The notes beneath the pieces were generated by a model. The model was not told the DNA's origin, did not search any database, and saw nothing but the letters and a program-made list of their open reading frames with translations. From positions 2,624,001 to 2,688,000 of the forward strand of contig CBDBHB010000009.1 of assembly GCA_965205505.1 (NCBI GenBank): 64,000 bases of DNA. Direction: 5' to 3'. The stretch comes from Acidobacteriota bacterium. GTDB lineage: Bacteria; Acidobacteriota; UBA890; WLXD01. Shown here one piece after another: positions 33,471 to 43,674 of this stretch (position 1 is the stretch's first letter; each line of letters begins with the position of its first letter). The position numbers and the translations under genes were made by a program.

Positions 33471-35608
33471 GGCTGGTTTCCTGCGGTTGTGGCGCTGCGG
33501 CGCTGCGCTGCTGCGCGCGTTGGTTGATGCCCTGCACCGCGCCGATAGCCGCCTGGGTCACCGCACGTCTACGCTGTCGGAACACCCAGGTCCGCCGGGT
33601 CAGCGGCACGAGGGCCGGCAGAGCCGCTTCGTCGCCGATCTGACCGAGCGCTCTGACGGCTGCGGTAATCGGCCGCGTATTCTCGCCGTTCCAGTTTGGC
33701 AACGACAAATAGCCCAGCAGGCGCTCTTGCGAGCCGCTCGCGAAGCGCTGTCGGAACGCCCGCAGCGCCGCCACGCGCACCTCGAGAGAAGTGTCCGCGA
33801 GGGCTTCAAGGAGTGCAATCTCCGATGACTCGTCGGACAGGAAGGCGAAGCCGCCGAGCGCCTCGCTTCGGACTTTGGCATCGGCGTGGGTTGCCGCAGT
33901 TTGCAGCAGCGGGGCCAGCTCCGGCCGGCGTAGCTCCGCCAGCACCCACACGAAATCCCGCACGTATGGCGTGCGGCGGTCGTCGAGCGACGCTCCAAGT
34001 TCCTCCAGTGGTAGCTGGCTGATTCCTCGTAGAATGTGTAATAGATGGTGCCGGTAGGAAGGCGATCTGGTTGTCGCAAGTGCCTCGAGCAATTCGGACA
34101 GGAGCTGCGGGCCCAGATGCTTCACAATCCTCCAGAGGGTGTGAAAGCCGTCCCCGCCGGCCTGGGCGAGGCGCCGGACGAGCAGCACTAAGAGCTCCTG
34201 CTGTTGCATGCAAAGCAGCGCTTGGTAAGCCAGCTGGCGCTCTGCGTCGGGTCGGTCCGTATCACTGGCGTGTCGCGCCAGCGTCGACAGGATCGCCTCC
34301 AGGAGCGTCAGTTCGCCCATCCAGCACGACGGTCTCGAGGGAGCTCCCGAGGGCAACCACCAGGTTCTCGTAGAAGCGCGATTCGCGATTGCTCACCAAC
34401 AACGAGTGGGCGATCCGCGCCTTTCGCACACGCAGGGAGTCGTCGTCCAGCTCGCCTAAGCGCGCCCGGACCTTGGCGCTGTTCCATGGCGGCCTGCCGA
34501 TCTCCGACTCGTCTTCCAGCGTTGCTCGATAGTCGCCGTGCAGGAAAGGACTCGGGTTCTCGCCTGTCATGACCTCGATCAGCTCGGGCCATGCCTTTGC
34601 GAGCTCGACCGGAGAGCAATCGGCCAACTGCACCGCACGGTTGGCGATCTCCGATCGCTCTGGGCGGCTGGCGACGACTCGCGACAGGAATTCGTAGAGC
34701 CGCGGCGTGGCTCGCGACCGCGAGCTCATCGCGTAGTTCACCAAACGCATCACTTGACCGCTGGAGAGTGCGCTCGCGATGCGTTCCGTGAGATCCACTG
34801 GGGCGAGCGCTTCGTCAGTCTGCACCGGCAATGGGTCGGTCAAGACGTCGATCCAGGTCTCCGGGTCGAGCTCGTCGAACAAGCTCGTGGAGGTCTCGAC
34901 CAGCGTTTCGATCAGGCTCTCGACATGAGGCGCGCGCCCGGCGATCTGCTCGACCAGCAGCGTGAAACCGTCTGTTCGGGAGTGGTGAGCCATCTCGGCC
35001 GGCTGACGCTCGGGATCCAGAGCCCACCGGAAAAAGCGCCGCATAAGCCCGGCATCTGAAGCGATGCCTGCCTAGTCGGGGCTGTCATCGGTCCCGTTGC
35101 CGAACCCGGCCAGGATCTGGCCCCAGACGTCGTTCGGATCGAAGCGCTGCGTGCCTCCCTCGACCAAGCCTTTCAGGTTCAGCGGATCCGCCTGGATCCC
35201 CGGAATCGTTCCGAGCAACAGTGCATCGCTGCCAGGCTCGAATTCCTGTTGTGCCAGGGCGCTGATCAGCGTCAAGACCGACTCGAGAGACAGACCGGGT
35301 CCCAGAGTGAGGCGCGCAACGGAACGCCGGTGAAGCTGTGCTGCGAGGCGCTCGAGAGCAGCGGATTGATCCTCCTTGGTGAGGCGGTCGACCCACGAGA
35401 GCTCTTCGGGTCGGATCTGGAGTGAGACCGGCTCGTCGCCTATCGCGGTCACCAGCGAGGCGTGAGCCACTTCGACGGCCTTTACGACCGTCGGCGCCGA
35501 TGCGGGGTACATGCGGCTTGTCTGTACGGCGGTGTCGAGGCGCCGTAGCGCTTCCGCCAGGTCTCCGTCGGGCTCAGCCGTGTCCGTTTGGATGCTGTCG
35601 GCGCACAT
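33460..35608 (-). pseudogene. Large HEAT-repeat protein split by an in-frame TAG (35072-35074) and a +1 frameshift (about 34317)
   Basis: ORF 35072-35620 and ORF 34262-35044 are the same frame, separated by one TAG; removing one base of CCC 34316-18 joins ...VVLDG to ELTLLEAIL... of HEAT ORF 33460-34356. Confidence 0.75.
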
Positions 35609-35660
35609 CGTCGGCCTCAATCCTGAGAGGCGCCTAGGTTCTGCGCCGTTGGCGGCGTAG

Positions 35661-35701
35661 CCAGATCCATCACACTGTCACCACGGTCTGCTGGACACTA
35701 G
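35661..35701. repeat. Solo type-C element end plus type-B end scrap
   Basis: CCAGATCCATCACACTGTCACCACGGTCTG matches the reverse complement of 61910-61939 at 28/30, followed by CTGGACACTAG. Confidence 0.75.
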
Positions 35702-35714
35702 TCTGCGACGCATG

Positions 35715-36140
35715 CTAGCGGGCTCGTGTACTTGGTTGCGATAGCTTCCCGTAGATCGCCAGACCAGATGCAGCTACGGGTAGTACGCAGAGCTGCGTTG
35801 CCGCCTCGATCTGGTCGATTACCGATTGATCCATCGGGTCCACCATGGCCAATACCAGATGCCCGCCGCTGCGCACGAGTCCGAGACAGCAATACCGTTC
35901 AGCCAGGGCACGTGGAACCGCCTGAACGACCTCTGCACTCACCTTCGCCAGCGCGGTGGCATTCACCGACGCCTGCGGCTGTGCGAGCAGAGCTTCGATG
36001 ATATTGGCGCGGGAGATTACGCCCATACGCAGCAGGATCTCGCCGACTGGGCGACCCGTAGCGCGTTGCCGTCGCAGCGCTTCACGAAGCTGATCGCGCC
36101 CGATCAGTTTGCGGAATAGAAGTATTTGTCCGAGCTTCAT
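35715..36140 (-). CDS. Stand-alone MshEN (T2SSE_N) c-di-GMP receptor domain protein
   Basis: Tandem motif KLGQILL..KLI...QL..AL..Q / PVGEILL.MGVI......AL..Q, then LAMVDP; no ATPase domain. Confidence 0.8.
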   Translation of the reverse strand: MKLGQILLFRKLIGRDQLREALRRQRATGRPVGEILLRMGVISRANIIEALLAQPQASVNATALAKVSAEVVQAVPRALAERYCCLGLVRSGGHLVLAMVDPMDQSVIDQIEAATQLCVLPVAASGLAIYGKLSQPSTRAR

Positions 36141-36401
36141 AAGCCTGTCTGGCAAGAGTTGCTCTTGGATTTCAATGACTATGAAATCAGTAAAACACAC
36201 AAGAAATTAACCAAAATCTTAAATTCATATCAAACGATAGTGTTGGACCGCATATGTCCTTGTGGCACAATGTAAATGGCCATTCGTAGCGCCGCTGCCC
36301 GTGGTGAGGTGTCTGTTATCGACGGCTCTGACGGTCCGGTCGACGAGCGTAAGCTGACTCAACTACACAGAAAATCCACGAATCGGCGGTCTCGAGTCCC
36401 G

Positions 36402-36431
36402 TTGACCGAGTTGTCGCCACATTGGTACGAT
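36402..36431 (+). promoter_or_regulatory. Probable promoter for lptB-rpoN operon
   Basis: TTGACC-N18-TACGAT with TG extension; ATG 36438 six nt downstream. Confidence 0.5.
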
Positions 36432-36437
36432 ATCTGC

Positions 36438-37256
36438 ATGCACGAACGAGCGAAGCTGTCGCAAGGCCCGCCCGAGGTGACGGTGGTCGGTGCAGGGTCG
36501 CTGCCCGGCGCGGAGCCGGACCTGCCGGCTCGGACTCTACGGGTTGAGGGTCTGGTCAAGGCGTACGGCGGCCGCCGGGTGGTCGACGGGATCAATTTCG
36601 GTATCTCTCAGGGTGAGGTCGTCGGCCTGCTTGGCCCCAACGGTGCCGGAAAGACGACCACGTTCTACATGGTGGTCGGGCTGGTTCGTCCCGACGCAGG
36701 GCGAATCTGCGCTGCTGATATCGAGATCACCCGCGAACCCATGTACATCCGCGCGCGTCGCCACGGGATCTCATACCTGCCGCAGGAGGCCTCCGTGTTC
36801 CGGCGCCTCACCGTAGAGGAGAACCTCATGGCGATCCTCGAGGGCCTCCGACTTACCCGCCAAGAGCGACGGCGCCGTTGCAAGGTCTTGCTGAACGATC
36901 TCGGGCTCACCCATCTCGCAGACCATCGAGCCTACACTCTTTCGGGTGGCGAGCGACGGCGGGTCGAGATCGCTCGTGCGCTGACGACCAACCCCTTCTT
37001 CCTGCTTCTCGACGAGCCGTTCACGGGCATCGATCCGATAGCCATCAGCGATATCCAGAAGCTCGTACGCGAGCTGCGGATGCGCGGCATCGGCGTGTTG
37101 GTGACCGATCACAACGTGCGCGAAACGCTGCGCATTACCGATCGCGCCTACATCCTCACGGATGGCCAGATCTTCCGCTCTGGTGCCCCTAGAGATCTGG
37201 AGCGCGATCCGCAGGTCCGCAAAATCTATCTCGGCGAGTCCTTCAGCCTCAACTGA
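36438..37256 (+). CDS. lptB: LPS export ABC transporter ATP-binding protein
   Basis: [45 protein letters not shown]; start uncertain. Confidence 0.95.
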   Translation: MHERAKLSQGPPEVTVVGAGSLPGAEPDLPARTLRVEGLVKAYGGRRVVDGINFGISQGEVVGLLGPNGAGKTTTFYMVVGLVRPDAGRICAADIEITREPMYIRARRHGISYLPQEASVFRRLTVEENLMAILEGLRLTRQERRRRCKVLLNDLGLTHLADHRAYTLSGGERRRVEIARALTTNPFFLLLDEPFTGIDPIAISDIQKLVRELRMRGIGVLVTDHNVRETLRITDRAYILTDGQIFRSGAPRDLERDPQVRKIYLGESFSLN

Positions 37257-37259
37257 GCC

Positions 37260-38711
37260 ATGGCACTCGAGCTACGACTTTCAACGCGACTGCAGCAACG
37301 GCTGGTGATGACGCCCGCCTTACAGCTGGCGATCAAGCTTCTGCAGCTCAACAGGCTCGAGCTCGAGACCACGCTTCAGCAGGAGATGGTGGAGAACCCG
37401 GTCCTGGAGGAGGGCGAGGAACGCGAGGAGCCCAGCGCGACCGAGCGCGCCGAGGCCGAAGCGGCCGTCGAGACGCCGGATGAGGAAGCGGCGGGCACAG
37501 AGGACCTAGGCGACAACTTCGACGCCGACGAGTTCTTCTCCAAGATGTTCGACTATCAGCCCACCACCGCGAACATGCACGAGCAGGGCGAGGCGCCGCC
37601 GTTCGAGAACACGCTGACCGCCTTGCCCTCGTTGGTCGACCATCTGATCTGGCAACTGGAAATGACGTCGCTGGCCCCTGGCCAGATGGCAATTGGCCAG
37701 ATGGCAATTGGCCAGACGATTCTGGGCAACCTGGACGAGAGCGGCTATCTGCGCGCCAGCTGCGAGGAGATCGCCGAAATGGGGCCGTGGCCCGTTCTCG
37801 AGGTTCAGCGGGTCCTGGCTGCGGTGCAGGAGTTGGATCCACTCGGCGTGGCAGCACGTGACCTGCGCGAGTGCCTGTTCTTGCAGCTGGAGCGCCTCGG
37901 CGCCGAGCGGCAGTTGCCGGGCGTCATTGTGCGAGACCACATGGATGCGCTGGCTGCCCACCGATTCAAGGAGATCGCACGCGCCACCCACGCGCGCGCC
38001 GAAGAGATTTCCGAAGCGGTCGACATCATTCGCACGCTAAATCCCAAGCCCGGGCAGCAGTTCACGTCGGAGTCGCCGCGCTACATCGTTCCGGACGTAT
38101 ACGTCCGCAAGGACGGAGACGATTACGTCGCCACCGTAAATGACGACGGTCTCCCGAAGCTGCGCGTGTCGCGCTTGTACCGTGACATGCTTCGCTCCGA
38201 CAACGGCCTCTCCAAGCAGGCAAACGAATACTTGCAGGAGAAGATGCGTGCGGCCCTCTGGCTCATCAAGTCGTATGGCCAGCGGCATCGCACGATCGGC
38301 AAGGTCGCGACAAGCATCCTTGCGTATCAGCATGATTTCTTCGATCACGGGCTGACCGCTCTACGTCCGATGGTGTTGCGGGATGTTGCCGACGACATCG
38401 GCATGCACGAGTCGACGGTGTCGCGCGTCGTCAACGGGAAGTACATGCATACGCCACAGGGCCTGTTGGAGATGCGGTTCTTCTTTCACAGTGGCCTAGG
38501 GCACGCGAGTGGCTCAGACGTGTCGTCGGTTAGCGTCAAGGACAAAATCCGTAGGCTCATCGAGTCAGAGCAGGCGCGGAAGCCGATGTCCGACGCAGCC
38601 ATCGCCAATCGGCTCAAAGAAGGGGGTCTGGTGATCGCCCGTCGCACGGTGGCGAAGTACCGCGAGGAAATGCGCATACCTGCCTCGAGGGCCCGCCGCA
38701 CGATAGGCTAG
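37260..38711 (+). CDS. rpoN: RNA polymerase sigma-54 factor
   Basis: LQLAIKLLQL, HESTVSRVV, RpoN box ARRTVAKYRE. Confidence 0.98.
   Translation: MALELRLSTRLQQRLVMTPALQLAIKLLQLNRLELETTLQQEMVENPVLEEGEEREEPSATERAEAEAAVETPDEEAAGTEDLGDNFDADEFFSKMFDYQPTTANMHEQGEAPPFENTLTALPSLVDHLIWQLEMTSLAPGQMAIGQMAIGQTILGNLDESGYLRASCEEIAEMGPWPVLEVQRVLAAVQELDPLGVAARDLRECLFLQLERLGAERQLPGVIVRDHMDALAAHRFKEIARATHARAEEISEAVDIIRTLNPKPGQQFTSESPRYIVPDVYVRKDGDDYVATVNDDGLPKLRVSRLYRDMLRSDNGLSKQANEYLQEKMRAALWLIKSYGQRHRTIGKVATSILAYQHDFFDHGLTALRPMVLRDVADDIGMHESTVSRVVNGKYMHTPQGLLEMRFFFHSGLGHASGSDVSSVSVKDKIRRLIESEQARKPMSDAAIANRLKEGGLVIARRTVAKYREEMRIPASRARRTIG
37680..37716 (+). repeat. 15-bp tandem duplication inside rpoN
   Basis: GGCCAGATGGCAATT x2 + GGCCAGA, giving GQMAI-GQMAI-GQ. 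Confidence 0.9.
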
Positions 38712-38771
38712 TAATGTGCTGAGTGGGTATCGGACTGATCGTCCTTTTTCGTCGAGGAGGAAGCCGACGCC

Positions 38772-39116
38772 ATGAAGATTGACTGGACTGCCCGTGGCAC
38801 TTCGGTGGGTAACGAGCTACGCGACAGGATCGAACAGCACTTGGGTAAGCTCGAGCGTTTCCTGCAGGGCGACCGGGGAGCGCATGTGGTCGTGACGAAG
38901 GAGGGAGACAGCCCTTCGGAACGACATACGGTGGAGATCATCGTGCACCACCGTTTCGGCACGTTCACTGCCAAGAAGGAGTCGCCTGACCCCGCCGATG
39001 CCGTGCGCGACGTACTGCGACGGCTCGATAGCCAGACGCGAAAGGCACACGACAAGCTCGTCGAGCGCCGGCGTCACGCCACCTCGGTGATCGCCGAGAC
39101 GGTCGACGCTTCTTGA
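38772..39116 (+). CDS. hpf: Ribosome hibernation factor HPF/RaiA (short form)
   Basis: MKIDWTARG...KLERF..., classical position after rpoN. Confidence 0.85.
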   Translation: MKIDWTARGTSVGNELRDRIEQHLGKLERFLQGDRGAHVVVTKEGDSPSERHTVEIIVHHRFGTFTAKKESPDPADAVRDVLRRLDSQTRKAHDKLVERRRHATSVIAETVDAS

Positions 39117-39137
39117 GGGTGATCGGGAAGTAGACGG

Positions 39138-40145
39138 GTGAGCTCAACGGCGTCGGACGCTACTGCCGGAGTACCGGTTCGCGAACTGCTCGAGGCCGGC
39201 AAGGACTACCTCGCGGTGGAGCTCATTGCCGGGGCATCGGGCGTCGAGAAGCTGATCACCCACCAACGCATTCAGAAGCCCGGCCTGGCGATGGCCGGCC
39301 ATGTGGGCTTCATCCATCCTGGGCGCGTGCAGGTATTCGGTGAATCGGAGATCACCTACTTGGTGGCTCTCGATGCCGAACGCCAGCGCTCATTGCTGGA
39401 GCCGATCACCGCCTGTCCGCTGTCGTGCGTGGCAATTACCAAGGGCTTGGGGGTGCCGCCGGTGCTCGCCGAGCTGTGCGAGGCGCACGACATTCCACTG
39501 CTGCGCAGCCCGCTGTTGTCGTCGACGTTCATCGATCGACTGAACCACTTTCTCGATGCGCACTTCGCACCGCGCACGACGGTGCACGGGGTAATGGTCG
39601 ATGTTCTCGGCGTCGGGGTGCTGGTCACCGGGCCTTCGGGGATCGGCAAGAGCGAATGCGCGCTCGACCTGGTGATGCGCGGCCATCGGCTGGTCTCGGA
39701 CGACGTCGTCGAGATCCGTTGCCGACAGGACGAAATTCTGGTGGCGCGTGGGTCTGAGCTCGTGCGCCATCACATGGAAGTGCGGGGACTCGGCATCATC
39801 AACATCGCGCACTTGTTCGGCGTCGGCGCGACCCGTCAGCGCAAACGCGTTGAGTTGGTCATCGACCTCCAGCGTGGCGATACCAACGACGATTGCGAGC
39901 GACTGGGCTTCGATGTCGAGACCACTGAGCTATTGGGCGTGGAGATTCCTCTGGTGCGGCTGCCGGTGGTGCCCGGTCGCAGTGTTTCCAACCTCGTCGA
40001 GGTTGCGGCCCGCAACCTGCTGTTGCGGCTCAAGGGGCTCAACCCGGCAGCCGACCTGGAATCGCGACTGCGCGACGCGATGGAAACGCCACACCCGCAC
40101 TTCAGGGTGGGCACCTATGGATTAGACGAGGGAGATCTGGAATGA
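39138..40145 (+). CDS. hprK: HPr kinase/phosphorylase
   Basis: IQKPGLAMAG, GPSGIGKSECALDL..RGHRLVSDD, EVRGLGII. Confidence 0.97.
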   Translation: MSSTASDATAGVPVRELLEAGKDYLAVELIAGASGVEKLITHQRIQKPGLAMAGHVGFIHPGRVQVFGESEITYLVALDAERQRSLLEPITACPLSCVAITKGLGVPPVLAELCEAHDIPLLRSPLLSSTFIDRLNHFLDAHFAPRTTVHGVMVDVLGVGVLVTGPSGIGKSECALDLVMRGHRLVSDDVVEIRCRQDEILVARGSELVRHHMEVRGLGIINIAHLFGVGATRQRKRVELVIDLQRGDTNDDCERLGFDVETTELLGVEIPLVRLPVVPGRSVSNLVEVAARNLLLRLKGLNPAADLESRLRDAMETPHPHFRVGTYGLDEGDLE

Positions 40146-41026
40146 GCGGGCGCCGCATCCTGATCGTCTCGGGGATGTCAGGCGCCGGCAAGACGAGCGC
40201 GCTGCGTGCCTTCGAGGACATCGGCTACTACTGCGTCGACAATTTGCCGCCGCCGCTCATGGAAACCTGCGTCGACCTGTGCCATCGGAGCTCCCCTAGC
40301 CTGCCGCGCCTGGCGCTGGCTGTCGACGCTCGCACAGGGGAGTTTCTGGAACAGTTCGAGCCGGCCTGGGCGGCCGTGAAGAAGCGCTCGCCTCGGTCTC
40401 TGCTGCTGTTCTTCGACGCTCCCGACAACGTATTGGTGCATCGTTTCTCCGAGACTCGTAGGCCGCATCCTCTGGCCCCGACAGGATCGGTGGCGGAGGG
40501 AATTCAGCACGAGCGCCAGGTGCTGCTGCCGTTGCGTGACCTCGCCGATGCCGTGATCGATACCGGCGAGTTCAACGTTCGTTCGCTGCGCGAGTTCTTG
40601 CTCAGGCGCTTCGCCGAAGAAGAAGCTCCGTCTCTCAATGTTGTAGTCACTAGTTTTGCGTATCGCAATGGCGTGTTGCCGAACGCCGATTTGGTCTTCG
40701 ACGTACGGTTCCTGCCGAACCCGCACTACGATCCCGAGCTCAGAGCGCTTACCGGTTTGGACGATCCGGTGCGCCGGTTCGTAGAGTCGAGCTCCAGCAC
40801 GGCAGAGTTTCTCCAACATCTGGAACGGCTGTTGTCGTTTCTTCTGCCGCGGTATGGCGAGGAAGGGAAGACGTACCTCACGCTGGCATTCGGATGCACG
40901 GGCGGACGTCACCGGTCTGTAGCCATAGCCGGCTTGGTGGCCGCGCAGCTGCGCGAGCGCGGCTATCCGACTACGCTCACGCACGCTGACCTCGGCGATA
41001 TGACTGCGCGCAGGGCGGCTCGATGA
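40142..41026 (+). CDS. rapZ: RNase adapter RapZ
   Basis: GMSGAGKT, YCVDNLP, ETRRPHPL, DVRFLPNPHY, GCTGGRHRSV. Confidence 0.97.
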   Translation: MSGRRILIVSGMSGAGKTSALRAFEDIGYYCVDNLPPPLMETCVDLCHRSSPSLPRLALAVDARTGEFLEQFEPAWAAVKKRSPRSLLLFFDAPDNVLVHRFSETRRPHPLAPTGSVAEGIQHERQVLLPLRDLADAVIDTGEFNVRSLREFLLRRFAEEEAPSLNVVVTSFAYRNGVLPNADLVFDVRFLPNPHYDPELRALTGLDDPVRRFVESSSSTAEFLQHLERLLSFLLPRYGEEGKTYLTLAFGCTGGRHRSVAIAGLVAAQLRERGYPTTLTHADLGDMTARRAAR

Positions 41027-41469
41027 CCGGCGGGAGTGACGCCCCGACACCGGTTTCCGTCGGGGCCGTCGTCGTCACTCATGGGGGACTGGCAACCGAG
41101 CTCCTCAAGGCCGCCGAGCGCATCGTCGGTCCGATCGCACAAATCCGTGCGGTGTCGATCGACTGGGACGACGAGGTTGCCGACGCGCGCGACCAGATCG
41201 CACGGGCCATCGCCGAGGTGGCCGCGCCGAGCGGTGTGCTGATCTTCACCGACATGTTCGGTGGCACGCCCACCAACGTCAGCATCTCGTTCCTCGAAAC
41301 CGGGCGTGTGGAGATTCTTACCGGCGTCAACCTGCCGATGTTGGTCAAGCTGGCCAACCTGCAAGGTAGCGGTGCGTCCCTCGCGGAAATCGCCTGCCAG
41401 GTGCGTGACCGCGGTCAGAACAGCGTGTATGTGGCCAGCGAGATCCTTTCGATGCAGGAAAAGTTGTAG
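41023..41469 (+). CDS. PTS mannose-family EIIA component
   Basis: VVVTHG.LA, TDMFGGTPTN, TGVNLPML. Confidence 0.92.
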   Translation: MTGGSDAPTPVSVGAVVVTHGGLATELLKAAERIVGPIAQIRAVSIDWDDEVADARDQIARAIAEVAAPSGVLIFTDMFGGTPTNVSISFLETGRVEILTGVNLPMLVKLANLQGSGASLAEIACQVRDRGQNSVYVASEILSMQEKL

Positions 41470-41499
41470 AACGATGGATGCAATGCGCAGCATGAGCAG

Positions 41500-41766
41500 A
41501 TGATCCAAAAAGAACTGGAGATCCTCAACAAGCTCGGCCTGCATGCTCGCGCCGCCGCCAAGTTCGTCAAGTGCGCCAGTCCCTTCGAGTGCGAGATTCA
41601 GGTCGGCAAGGACGCCATGACGGTGAACGGCAAGAGCATCATCGGTGTCCTCCTGCTGGCGGCGCCCAAGGGAAGTCGGATCCTGGTAATTGCCGACGGC
41701 CCCGATGAGCACAACGCGGTCGATGCCCTGACGGACCTGGTGAACAACCTCTTCGGCGAGGAGTAG
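41500..41766 (+). CDS. ptsH: Phosphocarrier protein HPr
   Basis: GLHARAAA (His15), NGKSII (Ser46). Confidence 0.96.
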   Translation: MIQKELEILNKLGLHARAAAKFVKCASPFECEIQVGKDAMTVNGKSIIGVLLLAAPKGSRILVIADGPDEHNAVDALTDLVNNLFGEE

Positions 41767-41901
41767 CGCCCGTGCGGGAGGCAAGTTGACCCTCGTGGCG
41801 GCCCTCCTCGGCGATGCATACGGCATCGCCGTCGTCGGGCCTCCTTGGATCCGACTCGGTCGCGCGCGCCACAATATGCGACGAAACTCTGTTACAGGAC
41901 A
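41767..41901. mobile_element. Half element, end type B, between ptsH and ptsI
   Basis: Reverse complement of the left half of 48088-48358: core CCTCGGCGATGCATACGGCATCGCCGTCGTC and end CCACAATATGCGACGAAACTCTGTTACAGGACA. Confidence 0.85.
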
Positions 41902-41904
41902 CTG

Positions 41905-43674
41905 ATGTCTATGGAGCCCGTCGTTCGCGAGGCGATCGGGGTGTCGGCGGGCATCGCCATCGGCACCGCGTTCGTCATCGAGCGCCGCGTGAGCCACGTG
42001 CCACGCTACGAGCTGTCGGAGGATCGGATCGAGCATGAGCTGGTGCGACTGGATGCCGCGGTCGCGAGCGTGCGGCAGCAGCTCGCAGCAATCGAAGAGG
42101 TAGCCGACCGGGAACTGGGCCACGACATTGCCCAGATCATCGATGCGCAGCGCCTGATGCTCGACGGCGGCGGCCTCGTCGGGCCCATCCGTGATCGCAT
42201 CCGAAAGCTCGGGCAGAACGTCGAGTGGGCGGTCAAATCAGTGGGCGACGATCTGAGCGAGCGTTTCGCTCGTATCGCCGATCCATACTTGCGCGAGCGT
42301 CGCAACGATCTCAGTGATCTGACAACGCGCTTGCTACGGACTCTGAGCGGCGAAGAGGGTTTGAGGCGCCAGGATCTCGATGAGTTGCCGGTGCTCTTTG
42401 CCTACGACCTCTTGCCCTCGGATACGGCTCTGCTGAATCGGGATCGAGTGCTGGGTTTTGTGACCGATGTCGGTGGACGCACCAGCCACACGGCGATCAT
42501 GGCCCGATCGCTGCAGATCCCCGCCGTCGTCGGCGCTCACGACACCAGCGAATGGGTTCGCACTGGTGATCAGGTCATTGTCGACGGCGGCGATGGCATG
42601 GTCGTGATTCATCCTGACGCCGAGTTGCTAGCCCGGTATCGCGACAAGCAAGCGTCGATTCGCCGCCGCGACAAGGCGTTGTTGCGCGACCGCGAGCTAC
42701 CCGCGGTCAGCCCCGATGGCATTCACATACGATTGTCAGCGAACATCGAGAGCGCCGACGAGGCGGAAACGGCGCTGCGGTTCGGTGCCGCGGGTGTGGG
42801 GTTGTTTCGATCGGAGTTCCTCTATCTGAGGTCAGCTGACAGTCCACCCGACGAAGAAGCCCACTACAGGGAGTACCGTACCGTTCTGGAGGCCATGAGC
42901 CCCGAGCCGGTCACCATACGCACCCTCGATCTGGGCGGTGAGAAAGAGCTCCCGGGTCGCGAGGGCGCCATCCAGGCGGACAGCAACCTGCTCGGCGTGC
43001 GCGGAATCCGGCAGTCGCTCGAGAAGCCGGAACCTTTCGAAACTCAGTTGCGCGGCCTGCAACGGGCGAGCGCGCATGGCGAGCTACGCGTCGTGTTTCC
43101 GCTGGTGACCGATCTCGACGAGGTGCGCCAGGCGAAAGCAGCGCTACAGCGTGCCCGGGAAGCAGTGGTGGCAGCCGGGCACGCCGTGGCCCAACAGATC
43201 CCGATTGGTGTGATGCTGGAGGTGCCAGCTGCGGCCTTGATCGTCGATCACCTCGCCGAGGAAGTTGATTTTTTCTCGATCGGAACCAACGACTTGATTC
43301 AATATCTGCTGGCGGTGGATCGAAACAACGATGGCGTGGCGCACCTCTACGAACCCTTGCATCCAGCGGTGTTGCGATTGCTCGAGCAGGTCGTGAACGG
43401 AGCCCATGAGCGTGGTATTCCCGTGAGCCTGTGCGGTGAAGCGGCGTCGGATCCGTTGACCGCGATGGTGTTTCTCGGATACGGCATCGACGAGCTCAGC
43501 ATGACCCCGAGCTCCGTTCCGGTGATCAAGAAGCTGATCCGGAGGGTGCCAGCGCAGGATGCGCGCCAACTGCTGGCGCATGCCATGGAGCTCCGTACGG
43601 CACAGGAAGTCGAGATGCTCGCACTCGAGCGGCTCATGACACACTTCCCCGACGGGATTCTGTCGACGGACTAG
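41905..43674 (+). CDS. ptsI: PTS enzyme I (PEP-protein phosphotransferase)
   Basis: GGRTSHTAIMARSL, GVGLFRSEFL, RTLDLGGEK, DFFSIGTNDLIQY; start 41905 or 41911. Confidence 0.97.
   Translation: MSMEPVVREAIGVSAGIAIGTAFVIERRVSHVPRYELSEDRIEHELVRLDAAVASVRQQLAAIEEVADRELGHDIAQIIDAQRLMLDGGGLVGPIRDRIRKLGQNVEWAVKSVGDDLSERFARIADPYLRERRNDLSDLTTRLLRTLSGEEGLRRQDLDELPVLFAYDLLPSDTALLNRDRVLGFVTDVGGRTSHTAIMARSLQIPAVVGAHDTSEWVRTGDQVIVDGGDGMVVIHPDAELLARYRDKQASIRRRDKALLRDRELPAVSPDGIHIRLSANIESADEAETALRFGAAGVGLFRSEFLYLRSADSPPDEEAHYREYRTVLEAMSPEPVTIRTLDLGGEKELPGREGAIQADSNLLGVRGIRQSLEKPEPFETQLRGLQRASAHGELRVVFPLVTDLDEVRQAKAALQRAREAVVAAGHAVAQQIPIGVMLEVPAAALIVDHLAEEVDFFSIGTNDLIQYLLAVDRNNDGVAHLYEPLHPAVLRLLEQVVNGAHERGIPVSLCGEAASDPLTAMVFLGYGIDELSMTPSSVPVIKKLIRRVPAQDARQLLAHAMELRTAQEVEMLALERLMTHFPDGILSTD

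Noticed and set aside
35072-35074. TAG recoding or readthrough in the HEAT gene
   Set aside because: TAG terminates many conserved genes here (tuf, rplB, rpsD, ptsI, prfB) at their expected ends, and the same gene also has a frameshift, so decay is the simpler explanation.
36145-36280. Sigma54 promoter (TGGCAAGAGTTGC, TGGCACAATG) in the AT-rich region
   Set aside because: GG-to-GC spacing is 8 rather than 10 in the first, and the second has no -12 TTGC.
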